A stretch of 64,000 bases of DNA, taken from the NCBI RefSeq assembly GCF_963921235.1, contig NC_086108.1, positions 20,398,001 through 20,462,000 on the forward strand, given 5' to 3'. This document shows positions 37,798-51,369 of the stretch, in pieces. This DNA is from Mobula hypostoma (lineage: Eukaryota). Position 1 is the stretch's first letter. Each line of letters begins with the position of its first letter. The position numbers and the translations under genes were made by a program. A model generated the notes under the pieces. That model was not told where the DNA came from. It ran no database searches and saw nothing but the letters and a program-made list of their open reading frames with translations.

Positions 37798-38414
37798 GGG
37801 GTGATTGATAGGTTTGTGGCCTAAGGTAGAAGGAGCCAATATTAGAAAACCTAGCACATTTATTTTTCAACATAGTCCCCTCCTACATGTACACACCTAA
37901 TCCAGCGGTCGTGGAGCAAATGGATCCCTTCTTTGTAGAAGTGGTCCACGACAGGGGTGATTGATGAGTTCATGGCCTAAGGTAAAAAGAGATGAGATAT
38001 TAACTTCAAACTTTCTGCATTATCACGCAGAGTTGAACTGCACGTACATGTAATGAGAGCATCTTGGACCTCCAGGTGGTCCACGGGGGCGATTGATAAG
38101 TTTGTGGCCTAAGGTAGAAGAAGATGAGTTATACCTCTCTTGTTACATGCACGTGCAGTTCAACTCTTTGAGTGATTGTGCAGAAAGTTTGAAGTTAATA
38201 CTTCATCTCCTTCTACCTTAGGCCACGAACTTATCAATCACTCCTGCTGTGGACCACTTCTGGAGATCCAAGACGCCGACTTCTACAAAGAAGGGATCCA
38301 TATGCTCCATGACTGCTGGACTAAGTGTGTAAATGTAGGAAAAATAAATATGCCTAGGTTTTCTAAAATTGACTCCTTCTACTTTAGGCTACAAACTTAT
38401 AATCACCCCTCATG
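37793..38414. mobile_element. Mariner-derived non-autonomous element with long inverted arms
   Basis: AGGGGTGATTGAT...CCTAAGGTAGAAGGAG termini are inverted at both ends. Transposase C-terminus QDADFYKEGIHMLHDCWTKCV is present. Confidence 0.88.
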
Positions 38415-39302
38415 TGTGTATATCTGTCTATCTATCATAGTAAATTATAAATTGCCCCATTCAGGCCTAAAGATTTAATTGCGGTGTCTGATTTCTTACT
38501 CTTGTGAGATAATGTCTTTCCTGAAAAAGGTGGGGAGGTTGTGGGGGGGGTGGTAGGTAGCAGGTGAAACTTGTGGCTGTGAAATAATCTCAGGTTCTGG
38601 TGCTTCCCTTGTGGCGATTACAGTAGTTGACTCTGGGACTCCAGGAAGGTGTCCTGACACCTCCAGCCTCCATTCTTCTCTAGCAATTGACTCTACTCTT
38701 CTCAACTGATTTGTGTGTCGTCTCCAGATGCAATCTCCACTGTGTAGAAGAGAGGTGCAGTTCTGTTCTTCCGATCACATCCATAGTCCCTCACAAGGAC
38801 TGCTTGACCAGGAGTGAAATATTGAACCTCCTTGTTTGAGGAGCCTTCAGTTTGTCTCAGCTGTTTGTCCTGCGTACTCCTTCTGAGATTGGTATTGAGC
38901 AGATCCAACTATGAGCACAAGGGAAGACACAGGAAGAGCACAGCATATGAGTTGCTGGTTGTGGAGTCTGTTGCATATGATATGCAAGGAGGAAATTGGC
39001 GAGCTTCTGATTTAGTGTTAGTGTACTATGTTCTATTGACATTGTTTGTAGTATGTTTTTTAGACTTCGGACAAACCTTTCCACCAAGCTGGCATGGTGC
39101 AGATGTAATATGACTTATTCCATTCATTTTCTGGAATGACTGAAACTGTTCCACAAAAAAATGTGGTTTACTGTCACTGACGAAGTGTTCTGACACACCG
39201 TTCCTTAGGGACAGTCGTCTCAACAGATTAACGGTGTGCATGGCTGTATTGGAGTGTATTGAGTACACTTCTGGCCACTTTGTACCTGTATTCACTATTA
39301 CC

Positions 39303-39903
39303 TGTTCCTAAGGTTGTCGTAGTTGGGGGTGGTAGTGGGGATATGCTCCCACTACCTATAAAGTGCTCCAAATGGTGTGCGACTCTAACAGCATCTGATG
39401 ACCAAGTCCAGATCTTGGTCTTCATGCGTGGTTTAGCCACTAGGCACGGTGGAACTGTTTCTACTGACAAGAGAAGGGGCAAAGGCGGACCACTGGTACC
39501 TCAAAACCAGTTGCTTCTGGCAGGTGGGGCTCATCAGCCTTGGACAGCAGCCCACCTAGGAGAAGGAAAACTCTGATTTTAAACCTCCGCTGCCTTGCTG
39601 CCATACCCATCCATGGGGAAGGCATCGAGAGCAAACCCCAAGGAAGAAATCTGGAGCCAGGGTCCCTCAGGCAGTTTGATGTTGTTTACGACTTCACTCC
39701 AGCAACCTCTGCAGCGACACTGGTGCCAAGATGTATCGGCGCTTGCCCTTCCCTTAGACTACATCAGTGACATGGAGAGGGGGAAACTGCTGCATGGGCA
39801 ACAGCCAGTTCTTCAAATCTTCCTGCCCAGCCTTGTGCCCTGGAGAGGACACAGTCCACCAGAGGACAAAATCCATGATCCCTGGGATCGATAGCTGTCT
39901 ACC
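39303..39903 (+). mobile_element. Bipartite non-autonomous RTE-like retroposon inserted in the Gypsy integrase
   Basis: 13-bp TSD ATTCACTAYTACC at 39290-39302 and 39904-39916. No ORF. The 3' ~200 bp are shared with the SINEs at 30234 and 56579. Confidence 0.8.
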
Positions 39904-40798
39904 ATTCACTACTACCAAGAAATTTATGTCTATGAATGCACATGAATCCTTTGCCAGAGCAAGACAGGGCAATCCTCTGCCCACGGATGGAAAGACACTG
40001 CTCTAGGCATCTTCTGGACATGTTGGCATCCCAAACAGTGCATGGAAAGCGGTTCAATCTGCTAATGTATCCCAGCTTCAGGCCAATGCTTTCACTTTGA
40101 CCATGCCTAGATGACCAACATGTAGCTCTTCCAACACTTTAGTTCTCAGGTGGGATAGTCCCCATATAAGGCAATCCCTGTCAAGTGCAAGTTCATCCTG
40201 ACACTAGTGAAAATGTGGGAACTGTAATTCCTGCTGCACATTCCAGCCATTTTGGGTTGCCATGCAAATCTGAGACAGTATGGGGTCTTTTCTGGTTTCT
40301 CGTTGGATTGCTTCTGCTGTAATAGGGAGACTTTTGATTTGCATGAGGGAGAATACGTCAAAAGGAGTGTCCCCCTTTGTAATTATTTCAGATATTTCCT
40401 TTTCCAAGGGTAAACAGGAAAATCCATCAGCATTTCCATGGTTATTCATCCTCTTGAATTCGATCTTGTAATTGTGTCCTCCCAGAATAAGAGCCCATCT
40501 CTGCATTTGTGCTGCTGCTGTTAGTGAAACGCCCTTCTGTGGGTTAAAAGTGGACGCTTGTGGTTGATGATCAGTAATGAGGGTAAGCTCTCTCCCGCCA
40601 AGATACTGGCTGACATATTTTACACCCCAAATGAGACTCAAGGCTTCTCTGTCAATCTGCATGTCAATTTTCTCTGCAACGGTAAGGAAATGTGATGCAA
40701 AGGGATTCACTGCTATTACTCATAACACGTGACATGACTGCACCTATCACATAAGGAGAGGCATCACAGGCAAGCTTCACTGGACAATGTGGATCATG

Positions 40799-41635
40799 AT
40801 AAGACCATAAGACATAGGAGCAGAATTAGATGATTTGGCCCATTGAACCTGCTCCGCCATTCATTCGTGGCTGATCCTTTTATCCCCTCCTCAACCCCAT
40901 TCCCTGGCCTTCTCCCCTCCTCAACCCCATTCCCCGGCCTTCTCCCCATAACCTTTGTTCAATCAAGAACCTATCAATCTCTGCCTTAAATATACCCAAC
41001 GACATGTCCACCGCAGTTGACTATGCTAACAAGTTCCACAAATTCACCATTCTCCGCATCTCTGTTTTAAGTGGGCTCCCCTCTATCCTGAGGCTGTGCT
41101 CTCTTGTCCTAGACTCACCCACCATGGGAAACATCCTTTCCACATCTGCTCTGTCTCGGCCTGTTAATTACAAAATAAATAGTGCAAAAGAAAATGAATA
41201 ACAAGTTTGTGTTCATTGGATCATGAACCATTAAAATATCAGATGGCAGAGGGAAAAAACCTGTTTCTGAATTGTTTAACGTCGGTCTTCAGGCTCCTCC
41301 ATCTCCTCCCTGATGGTAGTAACAAGAGGAGGGCATGCCCGTGCGGTGAGAGTCTTTACTATTGGATGTCACCTCCTTAAGGCATCTAAACATATGTCAT
41401 GAAATGTGTTGCTTTGCTGCAGCAGTATGGTGCAAAACATAGAAATGACTATATTATATAAATAAAGGAATTCTGCAAAAGACAAGTAACAATGTAGTGC
41501 TGATAGGTTCATGGACCATTCAGAAACCTGATGGCAGAGGGGCAGAAGCTGTTCCTAAAACGTTGAGTGTAGATCATCAGGGTCTTGCACCTCCTCCCCA
41601 AAGGTAGTAATGCGAAGATGTCATTTTCCAGATGC
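40799..41635 (-). mobile_element. CR1 3' end (40799-41163) plus two Rex1-type 3' fragments
   Basis: ATAAGACCATAAGAC tail with an internal ~31-bp tandem duplication at ~40884-40947. Two GATGGCAGAGGG...CTGTT Rex1 blocks follow. Confidence 0.75.
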
Positions 41636-41699
41636 TATATATACACACAGGAATTTGTGGAGTAACAAACCTGAAAACAGGCCTAACCTGTATATCACT

Positions 41700-42428
41700 G
41701 GAACAGCAACGCATCACAGCAGAGGGAAGCATATGGTGGTTATAACTTAGAGAACAGACTGGATATGGGCCCTCCTCTAACTTTGGTTTCTTCTTCAAGT
41801 ATATCGAGATTTGACTGCCTTTTCTCAAGTTTCCTCTCATGAAGCAGGAAATCGTGTCGAGAACATTTTTCTTTGCCTTATTACTTTGCTCCCATTCAGG
41901 GTCATTATCAATGAACTGGTCCATGATTTGTGTGATCTTGGTAATACAAGTGCTGAGGAATTTTGTGGTGAGGTTCCTTGCTGGTGTTTCTTCTTCCTCA
42001 TCTGTGTCCTCAGATTTACTCAGGAGTGTTGCTCAGCCAATTCGCCAAGCTCTTCATTATTTAGGCTCTCACCTTGAAAATACAGTTTCACATCCATGCT
42101 AATGCTTTTCCTAGACATCTTAGATGTACTACCCTCACTGGAAGTTGCAGGCCGTTTTTCCAGACATTATGGGTGAAAAAAATGGAATAAGTTGGCAAGG
42201 AAGCAAAAACGTTTACACATGCAGGAGAGGCAGAGCGTGATTGGCTGTGAGTGGCTCAGAGTGTATGTAAGGCGCTCCCACTGGCTGATTAAATGTTTAC
42301 TGTAATGACGGCTCCTTGAGAAGTTTTAAGTGTTGTCTAGAATGAATTTTTTGCCATTTTAAAAAATTTCAATGAAGAATTGAAATACTGAGTTGTAATA
42401 AATCAGCATTATGCGGGGTGTGAGTGTA
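41700..42428 (-). mobile_element. Tigger1-like transposon remnant
   Basis: ESLNNEEL...EEEETPARNLTTKFL...FIDNDPEWEQSNKA matches the Tigger1/TIGD1 C-terminus pattern. A TIR-like TACACTCACACCCCGCATAATGC lies at 42428-42406. The other end is not resolved. Confidence 0.65.
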
Positions 42429-43530
42429 GTCAGAATGCTCTCCAACAAGTACCTGTAGAAATTTGCAAGTGTGTGAGTACAGTGTCTGATGTCAACATTG
42501 CATTTACGTTTTGGAAACCCACCCCATATTGTGTTGACCATTGCCATTTCTTCCCGATCCGCAATAATGAGTTCAAGGGTTGGAGCTCAGTCGCCAGGTT
42601 CAGCAGGAACCTGTTATAGTAATTGACAAATCCTAAAACTGATAGTAACTGTGACACATCCATTGGCCTTGGGCTATCCACCACTTTGAATTTTCTCAGC
42701 ACACTTGTGTAATTCTCATGCGTCAATGGTGTAACCACAGTAAGTGATGCTTGGTTTAGAGCTTTGTGCTCTGAGCTCATAACCTCTTCATCTTTTTCAC
42801 ACTGCCTTGAGATTTTGGAGATGTTCCTTGTCATCCTCAGTGGTAACAATGATGTCATCCAGGTAACACTGACTGCCTTGGGTGCCTTGCAGCACCTGGT
42901 CCATAGCTTGCTGCCAGAGTGCTGGTGTAGATGCTACTCCAAAAATAGGACTATTGTAGCAATAAGGCCTTTGTGAGTGTTTATGGTGAGAAACACTTTG
43001 AACTCCTTCCATCTTCATCTGTAGGTAGGCCTCAGCTAAGTCCACTTTGCTGAAGTGCTTCCCTCCAGAAACATTTGCAAAGATCTCCCTTTTTACCTTT
43101 GATATGTTTGATACAATGCCATCCTTGAACACTGCTGTAGCATCATCCAGTATGTTTCTTAATTTGCTTTCGGTTGACTCTTTTGCAGGGGATGTGGCAA
43201 GCAAATGGTGGATGGATCTCCAATCAAGTTGTAGTTGTTTCAGCCAATTATATCCTCACAATGCTGGCACTCCTGTTTTTACCACATACAAGCCCACTGT
43301 GGCTTGTTGGTTGTTGTATTTCACTGTATGACTGCCATTTCCACAGGAGTTAACTTTTCTCCAGTTTATGTTCTTAGTTGGACATCTTCAGGCTTCAATT
43401 CAGTATCTTCGAAATGCCATTCAAACTCATTTCCTGGAATGACTGAAACAACTGAACCATATTCAACTCCATACTAACTAATTTGCCGTTCACTTCTGGT
43501 GTGAGCCATATTGCTTGTCTATTACTAATT

Positions 43531-44168
43531 TTCAAAGTTCAATGTAAAATTTATTATCAGAGTCCATACATGTCACCACGTATAACTCTAAGATTCTTTT
43601 TTCTGCAGGCTACTCAACAAATCTATAGAACAGTAACTGATAAAACTGGATCAATGAACAACAAACTGTGCAAATGCAAATATAAATAAATAGCAATAAA
43701 TAATGAGTATGAAATAATGAGGTAAAGTGTCCTTGAAGTGAGATCATTAATTATGTTCTTGAACCTGCTGTTGCAAGTCTTGAGGCTCCTGTACCTGATA
43801 CCTGATGGCAGCAGTGAGAAAAGATCATGGCCTGGGTGGTGAGGATCTTTGTTAATGGATGCTGCATTTCTACAGTCATGTTTTATGTAGCTGTGCTCAA
43901 TGGTTGGGAGGTTGTTACCTGTGATGTACTGGGCCGAATCCACTAACTTTTGTAGGATTTTTTGCTCAAAGGCATTGATGTTCCCATACCAGGCTATAAT
44001 GCAGACAGTCAGCACACATCTATAGAAAGTTTGCCAAGGTTTTTGATGACTTGCTGAACCTCCACAGACTCCTGAGGAAGTAGAGATGTTGTTGTGCTTT
44101 CTTTGTAGTTATATTTATGTGATGGATCCAGGACAGGTCCTCTGAGATAGTGACACTCGGGGATCTCA
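43531..44168 (-). mobile_element. Rex1-type LINE 3' fragment in the Gypsy protease region
   Basis: ORF 43623-44015 CIIAWYGN...HPGHDLFSLLPSGIRYRSL and a TTCAAAGTTCAA tail. Confidence 0.88.
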
Positions 44169-44711
44169 AGGCTACCCGGTCCTATATCACTCTCATCATT
44201 ATCAGATTTTTCATCAACATCATGCAGATTAATGCTCTTTTTGAAACTGCAACTTGACTTTTTATCTTTTTCTCCTCATTCAGTCCATTTATTTTTGTCT
44301 GCCAAACATGCTCTTTGCATGTGTCCTACTTTGTTGCATTTTCTGCAAGTTTTGCCTTTAAACCTACTTTAGTCTGGTGTATGTGAGTCCCTGCCACAAT
44401 GGTCTCACAATTTGTTCGACCAGGCTGGTTTCTGTTTAGATGTTGCAATTTTGTTCACGCTCACATTCATTCCTGACTGCAACTCAATTGTGTCTCTGTC
44501 TGCTGTTTCATTTGATATAGCTATTTCAACTGCTCTTTTAAATGTGAGCTGTGCTTCTGTTAGCCATTTTGAATGCTTTCTTGTAAGGTTCCACAATCTA
44601 AATAATCTCTCAGTACTTCAGTAAGACTATCACTGAACTGGCAATGCTCAGACAATCTCTTCAATTCAGCCACCTAAGCTGAAATGGACTCCCCTTTCTT
44701 TTGATTCCGCT

Positions 44712-44917
44712 TCTGAAACCTAAAAACCTTACAAGGCAGTGTGGGGCGCCAATCCTCGCACAGACATTTCGCTGTATTATTTTTATGAGGCCGAGTTGCG
44801 GGCTTTACATCAACCCGGCACGGATGGAAAGCGTGCTTGGGGCAGTCTGTCACTGGATCGAACTTGGGAACCTCCGTTCTCGAGCCCAGCGTCATTCTCA
44901 CTGCACCACCAGCCGAC
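44712..44917 (-). mobile_element. Short tRNA-derived SINE in Gypsy gag
   Basis: Minus strand GTCGGCTGGTGGTGCAGTGAG (A box) and GTTCGATCC (B box). CpG-rich. Confidence 0.75.
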
Positions 44918-46389
44918 CTCAAAGATTTGCTTCAAGATACTGTTCAATTCATTCAGTATACATGATTGAGTTATTCATTGTGCAATCGGATGCATCTATC
45001 TTTCTGATGTAACCAGTCATTTCTGCATTTTTTAAATTTATTATTATTATCACCCAGTACTCATTGTTTATGAAAGTGTGAATTTTGACAATTTACTGAC
45101 TTTTTTTTCAACTCGACCATCATTCTCCCCTTGCAAAGAAAGCATGTGCTGTGAATTTTTAAAAATCTTGACCATTCCTGTCTCTCCCCTTTTGAAGAAG
45201 AAAGTATGTTGCACTTCAACAGGTAGGTAGCCATCTCGGGTTAGTTTTAAAATGCCATTGTCACCACCGTTATGTTTTGTAATTTCAAAATGTAAAACTA
45301 GTTGAAAGAGAAACATGGAGCTGGGGATAACTTGTGAATAGTTACTTTTTACTTTAGTGAGGCAGCACATGTAACCTGGTTATGTAATGATGTCTGCCGT
45401 TCACTACTTTTACATATAACCTATAATGAATTATGTAAACAAACAAAAATGCTTTTTCCAATAATATATATACAATATTACAATATGGCTGATCTTAAAT
45501 ACATAACACAGATCACCTACCCAAAGGATAAATATCTATAAGATAGAAAGAATACAGAGAAAATTTCTAGGCAAAAATAACAATTTGACACAAACTACAT
45601 GTGCCAAAAGGCCTGTTTTTCTGTGTTTTTGTGCTCTATGACTTTATGACCTTTTCAGACCAATCCTTTCAGCAGTGTTATTTGATCTGTTCTATTTGCC
45701 TCTGTTTTTAGGGTCGGTGGACTGAATCTTGGAACAATTGTTTGCACCTATCTCAGCAATGAGATGCATATTTAGAGCAATAATTCTTTCACTTTTCTTC
45801 CCTACTTTAATCTGAATCAATGTTCCAGTAATATTCATGGCCATTTTTAATAACATTTTAGAAGCTATATTTCACCAATTTTAGTCCATCTGAATAGATC
45901 TAATCATAAGTAATGCCTGAACTGCTATGTAACAGGATCTTTAAAAATTATTTGGGAGTTCCTCCAAACCTCATCTGTAAAATTCCTGACAATACTACTA
46001 TTCAATTTTTGAGTAAATCCAATGAATTTTGTTCTTAGTTTGCAACTTTTTTCAGAAATTTAATGTTGCTTTTACTGTTCGACTGCAAGCCAACATTTTA
46101 TACTACAATTGTTTTATTGCAATGATTTTTCTGATGTTCTCATTAAACAGAATTGGAAATGCACTTACTTCATTTTAAGGAATTTAAATGAATAATTCAT
46201 TTCATCTGAAACTTATATATTAAATTTATGTTGTGCTCAGCTCCCATCTTGATTTCTACTTTACAAAAAAGAGCCCCACAGAAATAGTTTTTGAAGTGAT
46301 CTTAAGAAAATGAGATTATTAAATGGAAAATCTGAAGTACTAAGGGAATTTGTAAAATCAAGATGTTCAAAAGCTTCTCTGATATCACA

Positions 46390-46730
46390 GTGCAGTTCAA
46401 AATGCAAACAATAGGTCAAGTAGCAAATGTGGAGTGAAAGAAGTGGTCAAAATTTCAGGCGGAGACCCTGTATCAGTGAGGTTTTTATTTGTTACTTTTT
46501 GGGTTGTGGATGACATTGCTAAGATAGTATTAACTTGGTTGATAACCGTGAGTGCATTAATTAGACTGGAATGCTGTGCAGTCTACACCAGTCACCGTTG
46601 ACATGCCTCTTCCTAAAGGAGGTGAGTGAAGTTCAGTTCATTTACAACACTCATGAATTTTCATAGGCAACTGCTCAGCCATTGACTTATTCAGTTTAGT
46701 TTCTGAAACTGCCATGTGGAATTAAACATC
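46390..46730 (-). mobile_element. Decayed Penelope end (46390-46480) and SacSINE1/DeuSINE-like remnant (46483-46730)
   Basis: Minus strand CTGATACAGGGTCTCCGCCTGAAA is a degenerate hammerhead. CTTCCTAAAGGA...GTGAA...TTTACAACA...TTTCAT resembles a reverse Deu domain. Confidence 0.5.
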
Positions 46731-47199
46731 GTTAGTCAGCACCGTTTGAAGTGCTGCTAAAAGGGACAAAATATACATTGGTACAAGAAGGAAAAAAATT
46801 GAGTTTCTTTAAGTGAGCTTGAGGATTTGGATGAAATTCATTACAGCCAGGTGGATAAGGGTATGGATAATTGATACACATCTACCATTATTTACTCTTG
46901 AGTTTATGGGAGCTCCCAACAAAGAAATCTGAGGCAGTGTCAACCCAGATACTCCTCCACCTTGATCAGCCAAGGCCCAGGAATTTCCATGAGTTGGTGA
47001 AGATGTTACATTCTATTAATTAGCTTTCAGTGAATTCTTGAAGCACTTTCTCTTTCCTTCAGGAAAGTTCTTGCTTAGCCAGAGCTCAGAGTGCTTCATT
47101 CAGGGATCTGCAGCTGGACCCATGAACACTATGGTCCTGCAATAGAGCTGGCTGTCTTTGATCAAAGCCTGCTTTGGGGGTGGACACTGATGCCAGCTT

Positions 47200-47965
47200 G
47201 CTTATCCAACCAGTGGACTTGGAGGGTTCTGCTGAGAAAATTTCAGTGTTACAATTTTTTTTTGTCCTTTGAGTGAAAATGGACATGATTTTTTAAATGC
47301 AGTAACTCTCAGAAAAATGCAGACAGCAGCATCAAGAATCATATGAAGCCTTTATGGATCTTACGAAAGCTTTAAAATCTGTCAATTTAGAAAGATTGTG
47401 GACTTTGAAACCTTATTATTCTCAGAAATTCATCCCCATTCTGAGTCTGCTACATGATTGTATGCAAACTATGATCTTAACCAATGGCTCCACCACAGAC
47501 TCAATCCCATTTCAGTCTGGTGGGAAGCAAGGCTGTGTCGTTGTTCTAGTCATTTTTTTAATCTGTCTTACTGCTACAACAGACCACACCTCCAATATGG
47601 CTTTTGATAGAATGGAACTACCCAATTTGACGACTACATATCTGTTAATCCTCCGCTGCTTCTAGTCCACCTTCAGTCATTGCACTGCAGTGTATACACA
47701 ATACATCTGTGTGTGCATATTCGGTGTTTGAATCTCCAAGTCATTGTCAACTCATTCAATGAGAGAGTGTCCTCCACAAACAATGTAAAACAAAGGTCCT
47801 GCCATCAATTTACCCCTGGTGTAGAACACCAACCATGAGCATTAAAGATCCACAACAAGACATGGAAACAGACCGTTTCTCATACAATAGGAGCCCCATC
47901 TCAGTAAAAGCAGACATCAAAAGCCAAAGTTTTTCTTTCCTGTGCCAGCATAGCCTTTGGAAACT
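47200..47965 (+). mobile_element. Old RTE (BovB-like) LINE RT fragment
   Basis: DMIF...EKCRQQ...AFMDLTKALKSVNLERLW and SGGKQGCV. Confidence 0.8.
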
Positions 47966-48189
47966 AATTTAAACAGTTTTCAAATCATTTATAAAGGTGT
48001 CTGATACTAGAGCCTGCCTGCATTGCATTCAAGGCAGAATATGCATTGCAGAAAATTCTTTTACATATCAAAACAAAGGCAAAAGACAAAATCTGATGTT
48101 CAGGTGCGTGATCCACTTCACTCACCTAAATATCAAGTTGTCTAGTTTACGAGGAATCAAATTCTACAAATTCCACATCACCAATCGGT

Positions 48190-48452
48190 GTTACAGCTAG
48201 GGGTGCTGGGATTCATAGTTCAACTCCAATGTCATCGATAAGAAGTCTGTATGTACATGTAATGCAAGGGTTTTCTCTGAATGCTCCAGTTTCCTCTCAC
48301 AGTTCAAAGACAAACCATTTACTGGGTTAATTAGTCATTGTAAGTTGTCTCAGGATTTAGACTAGGTTTGAATCGGATGTCACTGGGGCAGCACAGCTTG
48401 AAGGGCCAGAATGGCCCACTTCATGCTGTTTTGTATCTCTAAATAAATAAAT
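48190..48452 (+). mobile_element. V-SINE (HE1-like), decayed
   Basis: GCTCCAGTTTCCTCTCACAGTTCAAAGAC V-domain and a (TAAA)n tail. Confidence 0.8.
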
Positions 48453-49464
48453 ACTTGTGGTTTACAATTCTCTGTTGGAATTTTTGATTCTGCAGTGAAG
48501 AGATGAATTGGGGGTAATCGTTCTGCTTTTCCTCCTTCTGGAGTATATTCACTACGATTGCCTTGCTCTTATATAAATAGCAAACAGCTGTGTCCCCGCA
48601 GAGTATCAATGTTAAATTACTTACAGTTAAAGGAAGGAATGTTGAACCCATGGGACAGGGAAAAGTTTTCTCATCTCTTAACACCAAAGTGAAGATTCTG
48701 CATTGGGACTCCTGGTATTCCATAAATCCATTATATAAGCAGACTAGGGATAGGTTGAGAACTGAAATTCTGTTTTAAAATACCTCAAAGCACATTAGCA
48801 CTGTATCTGCCAATTCCCTGCCCAAACTTGTATTTTTTCTTCTAATAAATATGGAAAATACCAGTCCCATGATTCTACAATCCATGCACAATCTCTCCCT
48901 AAGTGTTGCAGTAATTGGTTGCAAGATCTATGGAGAAAATGGGGGAACATATAAATGAACTGAATTTGAAGTAGTCTGGGATGTGTGGTTTTCATATCTT
49001 TGTGGTTAGTGGTTTATTTTTACTTTCCCAGACTTAACAAAGTACTTTTCGCAACAATGAAAATGTGTAATATCAAAAGACAAATAAATTCTACTACTTG
49101 TGACTTCTAATAATCTAAGTCCCTGAACTAATCAATACCACCTGTAAGCTGTCCATGATCTAGCAAGAATACAATAAACCAGATGAAGAATACCTTCTTT
49201 GTGATTCTTGCAAAGACCATGGCTGTTCCTAATTTTCTAGTCCATTAGGAAATTTTATTCTATTTTTCTATCCAGTAAAGGGAATTTCTCGTTCTTCAGC
49301 CTTCAAGAGTAAATTTTAAGTAATATTTTCATCCTCACAAACCATTTTTATTATCCTCTTTACTATAATATCATATTTTGAAAATAAAGAGTATAAGAAC
49401 AACTGATGACTTATTTATGTTGGTACTAACAGACATTTTCCATTAAAAAAGTGAAGCAAACTAT

Positions 49465-49925
49465 GATGGATGCTGAGACCCTGAAATGCAAAGAAAAAAA
49501 AAATATAGCAGATGCACCCAGCTGTGGAGAGAGAAGGTTAGCTAATCGTTCAACATGTATGATTTTTCATTAAACCTAAAATATTTAACAGTTTTTAAGC
49601 AAGACTGAGCCAGAGGGAATAAAATGAGCGTGAATGAAAAAAAAGCTCAATAAATATCTATATCAAAGGCAGAAGTCCTTAAATAACAAGAGAGGCAAAT
49701 GGAACAAGTAAAAAGAAGAGGAAGTGCAACAAATAACAATGGATTTTAAGATGTAAAAGCGACAGAAGAGTCATTACCTGCATCTGCTACAAAAAAAATG
49801 TGAACTTGATGTTGAAGCATGATGATGTGAATCACCCAATCAAAAGGTGAAATTCTGTTCCCATTACATGCAATGAGCTTTAGTGGAATAAGGGAAAGGA
49901 CAAGGGAGCAAGATTGGGACTGGAC
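49465..49925 (-). mobile_element. Very old Penelope 3' remnant
   Basis: 49808-49925 weakly resembles 32090-32220, and there is a purine-rich tract as in the young copy. Confidence 0.45.
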
Positions 49926-51369
49926 TATTTATTTTTGAGAACTTTATTAAAAGCAATACTATGCAATGTTCAGTTCTTCAGGTGGTTTCATTATCACAGC
50001 TGGAGCAGGAAAAGCACATGAGTTCACAATATGCAAAAGTCTGAATACTCTTTTTTTTCTTCCAATGAAAAAAATCCTTAGTTCCACTGCTGGGCCCGAC
50101 ACATTATCAAGTTTACAATCAGGTTCTCTGTCACAAACTCAAGTTATCCTCAAGTGATACATCATAAATTGCAAACAGCTATTTGGCCACTTCACACAAC
50201 TCTGCTTTTCATCTTGAAGAAGCTGCAGAAAACCTGATGAAAAATACTGGGCTTCACTACATGGCAAGAACTGAAAATACAACTATTTAATTTAAGAAAA
50301 TTTCACATTAAATAAAGACATGTTGTACTAGGTCTCTCAATAATTCTAAACCAAACATCAAGCAATATATGACTACAGTTACCCCTTCCTTAATAAATGC
50401 TGTACAAGTGATTGGATGTTTTCCAAAATCATTGGCATATCAGTTCTCTTTCAACCTAGTTCATGGATTCACATTCCACTCTGAACACATCAGTATTTCC
50501 AAGAGTGTTAGTTTTGCTGTGATTTAATTCCTTCTGATGGAGAAATATTATTTTTGTGTTCAGTAGAAATGAGGGAGCTACTTGGCTCCTGGAAATGAAG
50601 CTTAACATTTTAGTCAGTGGATGGAAAATCATGAAATCTGATTGACCTATAGCTCTAATACCAAAACTATTTTTCATTTGAAAAAATAGGAAGAAATTTT
50701 CTATATAAATAAGCATCTGTTATTTAAGAATGTTTCAACATTATTGCCAAATAAGGTCCCAGAAGCCCCATAATTTAGTCTCAGATAGAAGGGGCAGGAG
50801 GAAGAATAGAAAAAAGTAAATGATAAATGATCAGGATATGAAAAACATTTAAAAAAATTCTCAAGTATTTTGCAGGAGGAAAAAAAAACAATGAAGATTT
50901 CTTGAAGATTTATTGTCATGTTTAAATGGTTCCATAACCTCTTCCATCTGGACATTTTCATCTGTTCCTCCTTTGCTGCCCCAGCATCCACGGGTAAGAT
51001 TCCAGAGAGGGAAAAAAATCAGTATTGGCAAGACATGGAGTAAGTAGCTTAACCACCAAAATTCCTGTGTGGTTGCTCAGAAATAACAGCATTTTGTTTT
51101 GTTAGTGGGAGAAATAGCTTGTCAACTGTTATATACAGTAATAAGAAGACCCAGTGATTGAAGGATCCCCAAGGAATCATACCATTTCAACAGTGGTGAT
51201 ACACACTTGAACCCAGAAACTTCATATTGTCCTAGCTATGATTCTTCCAGTTGCTGCCAAATTTTAGCACTAAGAATGCATTAACCTAGATTTTACTCAA
51301 ATGACTTAAACTTTAAACTAACCAAAATTAATGAAATTTGTTAACATAATATTTACTGTCTGAAACATT

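Larger units (their letters stand above)
37384..45508 (-). mobile_element. Old full-length Gypsy/Ty3 LTR retrotransposon (K02A2.6/Mag-like) with nested insertions
   Basis: LTRs at 37384-37613 and 45268-45508, PBS TGGTGACAA at 45266-45258, and a PPT next to 37614. gag has two CCHC-like knuckles (44400-44310). RT has DLAEAYLQ and YLDD, RNase H has ITDHQP, integrase has KWPEV and ERFVRSLK. Degenerate 5-bp TSD CTGGT/CAGAT. Confidence 0.92.

Noticed and set aside
39303..39460. HDV-like ribozyme at the 5' end of the RTE-like element
   Set aside because: A hairpin (GGTAGTGGG...CCCACTACC) is visible, but I could not assemble the nested double pseudoknot. It needs a covariance search on the family consensus.
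46440..46480. Second functional hammerhead
   Set aside because: The core is mutated (CTGATAC rather than CTGANGA).
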